This document shows, one piece after another, positions 62,606 through 64,000 of a DNA stretch of 64,000 bases; position 1 is the stretch's first letter; the number at the start of each line of letters is the position of its first letter. The notes beneath the pieces are model-generated. The model was not told the DNA's origin and made no database searches. It saw only the letters and a program-made list of their open reading frames with translations. The position numbers were made by a program, and so were the translations under genes. The DNA comes from Mobula hypostoma (taxonomy: Eukaryota), in NCBI RefSeq assembly GCF_963921235.1, contig NC_086108.1:81966001-82030000 (forward strand). The letters are read 5' to 3'.

Positions 62606-63660
62606 CAAAGAGGAGCGATTAATGGGTCCCTTTTGGAATGGCAGGCGGTGACCAGTGGGGTACCGCAGGGTTCAGTGCTGGGACCGCAGCTGTTTACAAT
62701 ATATATTAATGATTTAGATGAGGGAATTAAAAGTAACATTAGCAAATTTGCCGCTGACACAAAGCTGGGTGGCAATGTGAAATGTGAGGAGGAAGTTATG
62801 AGAATGCAGGGTGACTTGGACAGACTGGGTGAGTGGGCAGATGCAGTTTAATATGGATAAGTGTGAGGTTATCCACTTTGGTGGTAAGAATGGGAAGGCA
62901 GATTATTATCTAAATGGAGTCAAGTTAGGAAAAGGGAAAGCACAATGAGATCTAGGTGTTCTTGTACATCAGTCACTGAAAGCAAGCATGCAAGTACAGC
63001 AGGCAGTGAAGAAAGCTAATGGCATGCCGGCCTTCATAACAAGGGGAATTGAGTATAAAAGCAAAGAGGTCCTTCTGCAGCTGTACAGGGCCCTGGTGAG
63101 ACCACACCTGGAGTACCGAATGCAGTTTTGGTCTCCAAATTTGAGGAAGGACATTCTTGCTATTGAGGGAGTGCAGCGTAGGTTCACAAGGTTAATTCCC
63201 GGGATGGCGGGACTGTCATATGTCGAAAGATTGGAGCGACTGGGCTTGTATACTCTGGAATTTAGAAGGCTGAGAGGGGATCTTATTGAAACATATAAGA
63301 TTATTAAGGGATTGGACACGCTGGAGGCAGGAAGCATGTTCCCGCTGATGGGTGAGTCCAGAACCAGAGGCCACAGTTTAAGAATTAGGGGTAGGCCATT
63401 TACAACAGAGTTGAGGAAAAACTTTTTCACCCAGAGAGTGGTGGATATATGGAATGCTCTGCCCCAGAAACTGCGAAGGCCAAGTTTCTGGATGCTTTCA
63501 AAAAAAGAGATGGATAGAGCTCTTAAAGATAGTGGAATCAAAGGTTATGGGGATAAGGCAGGAACTGGATACTGATACTGGATGATCAGCCATGATCACA
63601 GTGAATGGTGGTGCTGGCTCGAAGGGCCGAATGGCCTACCCCTGCACCTATTGTCTATTG
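62606..63660 (+). mobile_element. Young 5'-truncated CR1 LINE inserted into a minus-strand V-SINE (62457-62605 and 63660-63899)
   Basis: SGVPQGSVLGPQLF, LVRPHLEY; CTATTGT tail; GTAC at both junctions; SINE tRNA head at ~63860-63899. Confidence 0.9.
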
Positions 63661-64000
63661 TACATCTTTGGAACGTGGGAGGAAACCAGAGCATCTGGTG
63701 AAAACCACAGGGACGACATACAGAGAACCCGTAAGACATAGGAACAGAATTAGGCCATTTGGCCCATCGAGTCTGCTGTGCCATTTCTTCATGGCTGATC
63801 CAATTTTCCATACAGAAAGGTGCCAGAACTGAACTCCGAACTCCAGAAAACTTCGAGTTGTAATAGCATCGTGCTAACCGCTATGCTACTGTGGTGCCCA
63901 CGATCTTGGATTTGAATCCAGGAATAAAGATATCTGACTACAGTTATATTGATACCTCGATTAGTGCACAGGATATGATCCCAGGAATGAGTGCTAATGG

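Noticed and set aside
62969..63541. 190-aa minus-strand ORF
   Set aside because: Antisense shadow of the CR1 ORF2 on the + strand
1..64000. CRISPR array, retron or other prokaryotic RT/nuclease system
   Set aside because: Repeats are dispersed TE copies without repeat-spacer periodicity; all RT fragments are eukaryotic CR1, Rex1 or Penelope types

Overview
Vertebrate genomic DNA, most likely a cartilaginous fish and probably a ray. This taxon call is inferred from the repeat set: HE1/V-SINE-like SINEs, HER1-type CR1 LINEs, Rex1/Babar and Penelope-like elements. The left third holds a complete, apparently intact 12-exon PCSK9 gene on the minus strand (CDS 21546->3406, 1977 nt, 658 aa, all introns GT-AG), with a probable ~2.2 kb 3' UTR and a degenerate IR/DR Tc1 transposon in intron 5. 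Its proximal promoter keeps the human-type HNF1 - 27 bp spacer (HINFP-like core) - SRE module. The ~42 kb upstream is mostly nested retroelements (CR1, Rex1, Penelope-like) plus mariner and Harbinger derivatives. Most notable: the conserved sterol-response module; a dispersed family of Penelope-derived minimal hammerhead ribozymes, often in TSD-flanked fold-back insertions; a TATA+2xCCAAT promoter-like unit with a splice donor ~10 kb upstream of PCSK9; a CR1 with twin-priming-like 5' inversion; and protein oddities (His391-equivalent to Gln, C-terminal RREL). Human comparisons are from memory and need checking. No prokaryote-type systems are present.
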